The position numbers and the translations under genes were made by a program. The notes below the pieces were generated by a model that did not search any database, was not told the DNA's origin, and was given only the letters and a program-made list of their open reading frames with translations. A DNA stretch of 64,000 nucleotides from Obrimoposthia wandeli (taxonomy: Eukaryota), in NCBI GenBank assembly GCA_977020255.1, contig CDROCS010004457.1, forward strand, positions 1 through 64,000, read 5' to 3'. Shown one piece after another: positions 62,603-64,000 of this stretch; positions within the stretch are counted from its first letter, which is position 1, and every line of letters begins with the position of its first letter.

Positions 62603-63211
62603 CTATTCCTGCAACATGGCCATTAACTGCGGCCATACATTGTCTAAAATGATAGGCTGTGCCTGCGCGTTAGGGTGCAATCTATCAGCCTGCATTAAAC
62701 TGGGGCTTAAAGCGACCTTATCCATCAAAAACGGCACTCTAAATGTCTGATATTCAATAGAAAGTTCGCTAAAAGTGTCGAAAAATCGCTTTGTGTAACG
62801 CGGCCCGTAGTTGCTGGGTAAACGTACTCCTACCAGCAGCGCCTTCGCACCGGCATCTTGGCTAAGCACAATCAACTGACTAATGTTTTTCTTGATGATT
62901 TTCAAAGGCGTGCCTCTTAATCCATCATTTGCAGCTAATTGAAGAACTATATAATCTGGTTGGTGTCTATCTATCAGTTTAGGTAGGCGAGTGAGCCCAC
63001 CGCTAGTGGTTTCGCCACTGATACTTGCATTGACTATTTTAAGATCAGGATATGTTGGTAACAATTTTTTCGCCATTAATGCCACCCAACCTTGCTCAGT
63101 TTGCATGTTATAGGCAGCAGATAGGCTATCTCCGAGCACTAATAACGTTTTTGCAGACACGCTCTGAGCAGTCAATAAAATAAACAATACGATCAAGTGG
63201 AATATTTTCAT
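62603..63211 (-). CDS. tesA: Arylesterase / acyl-CoA thioesterase I (SGNH)
   Basis: LGDSLSA, NASISGETTSGGL, ANDGLRG, DRLHPN; divergent from ybbA as in the conserved tesA-ybbAP locus. Confidence 0.92.
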   Translation of the reverse strand: MKIFHLIVLFILLTAQSVSAKTLLVLGDSLSAAYNMQTEQGWVALMAKKLLPTYPDLKIVNASISGETTSGGLTRLPKLIDRHQPDYIVLQLAANDGLRGTPLKIIKKNISQLIVLSQDAGAKALLVGVRLPSNYGPRYTKRFFDTFSELSIEYQTFRVPFLMDKVALSPSLMQADRLHPNAQAQPIILDNVWPQLMAMLQE

Positions 63212-63914
63212 GCAGTTGACAACCCCTTTAGCTATCGATGCCCAGCAACTATCTAAGTCTTTCCCTCACACTAGTGCAACAGGGGCAGAAGACAATATCT
63301 CACTGTTCAAAGATTTAAATTTACAAATTAATAAAGGTGAAAGTGTAGCCATTATTGGCCCATCAGGTACAGGTAAATCTACATTATTATCATTACTAGC
63401 ATGTTTGGATACTCCAAGCAGTGGTTCTGTCACGCTATCTGGGGTCGATTTAAACAGCTTAGCGCCCGAACAAAAAGCTGCTTGGCGCGCAAAAAATATT
63501 AGCTTTGTTTTTCAATCATTTCATTTGCTATCTGAGCTAAGCGCACTGGAAAACACCCAGCTACCTCTAGACATTCAGGGCCATGCCCAAAGTGAGCAAC
63601 AAGCACTACAGTGGTTAGAAGCCGTTGGATTAGGTCCTAGAGTGAAGCATTTTCCAGCACAGCTTTCTGGTGGCGAGCAACAGCGCGTTGCCATCGCTCG
63701 TGCTTTTGTAACTCAACCAAGCTTATTATTTGCCGACGAGCCTACCGGCAATTTAGATACCAATACCGGTGAAACCATCATCAAATTGTTATTTGATTTT
63801 AGTGTCAAAACCGAAGCGACTTTGATTCTCATCACCCATGATGAGCACTTAGCCAGTCGTTGTGATCGTATGTTCAAACTTGCAGATGGACAACTGCTAG
63901 AGGTGGTTAAATGA
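63210..63914 (+). CDS. ybbA: YbbA-like ABC ATPase
   Basis: [30 protein letters not shown]; adjacent to tesA. Confidence 0.85.
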   Translation: MQLTTPLAIDAQQLSKSFPHTSATGAEDNISLFKDLNLQINKGESVAIIGPSGTGKSTLLSLLACLDTPSSGSVTLSGVDLNSLAPEQKAAWRAKNISFVFQSFHLLSELSALENTQLPLDIQGHAQSEQQALQWLEAVGLGPRVKHFPAQLSGGEQQRVAIARAFVTQPSLLFADEPTGNLDTNTGETIIKLLFDFSVKTEATLILITHDEHLASRCDRMFKLADGQLLEVVK

Positions 63915-64000
63915 GCCCGACGTTACGCCTTGCGGGTAAGCAAGTTCGCAGCCAGTGGCGCAAAGCTGATTGGCTAACCTTAATGTTGTCATTATTTATG
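63911..64000 (+). CDS. ybbP: YbbP-like ABC permease, N-terminus (runs off window)
   Basis: ATGA overlap with ybbA; [30 protein letters not shown]. Confidence 0.65.
   Translation, partial: MSPTLRLAGKQVRSQWRKADWLTLMLSLFM

Overview
This is bacterial chromosomal DNA, most likely from a marine gammaproteobacterium (OprD porin, OmpW, cytochrome c5, tesA/ybbAP, clade I nos cluster); the taxon cannot be fixed from sequence alone. Positions 1-7.3 kb hold a nosRZDFYL nitrous-oxide reductase cluster. nosR and most of nosZ (1 to about 2.9 kb) carry many indels, probably consensus errors, while everything downstream is clean. Positions 7.3-21 kb carry ordinary genes: amidohydrolase, orphan solute-binding protein (SBP), two-component pair, sterol desaturase, TetR, GH42 beta-galactosidase, OprD, OmpW. 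From about 21.4 to 59.1 kb is a visibly more AT-rich accessory zone. It contains four GGDEF proteins (one in an NspS/MbaA-like polyamine-sensing pair), several orphan SBPs (one a two-domain fusion), three signal-peptide-less RTX/DUF4214-type secreted proteins (one a 2020-aa adhesin with 8 tandem ~123-aa repeats) and decayed nucleases. The zone ends at tRNA-Arg(CCG) (59144-59220, minus strand). The most striking feature lies at 50.27-59.14 kb. It is a tandem array of 1.7-5 kb cargo cassettes delimited by 3' fragments of that tRNA. Three junctions carry a conserved ~120-130 bp module with an inverted copy of the tRNA 5' half (up to the CCG anticodon) and a tandem TGTGAC/TGTGCC motif resembling integrase arm sites. 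I found no integrase, transposase, CRISPR array or rRNA. The window ends with cytochrome c5, a GAF-LuxR regulator, an MBL-fold hydrolase, tesA, ybbA and the start of ybbP.
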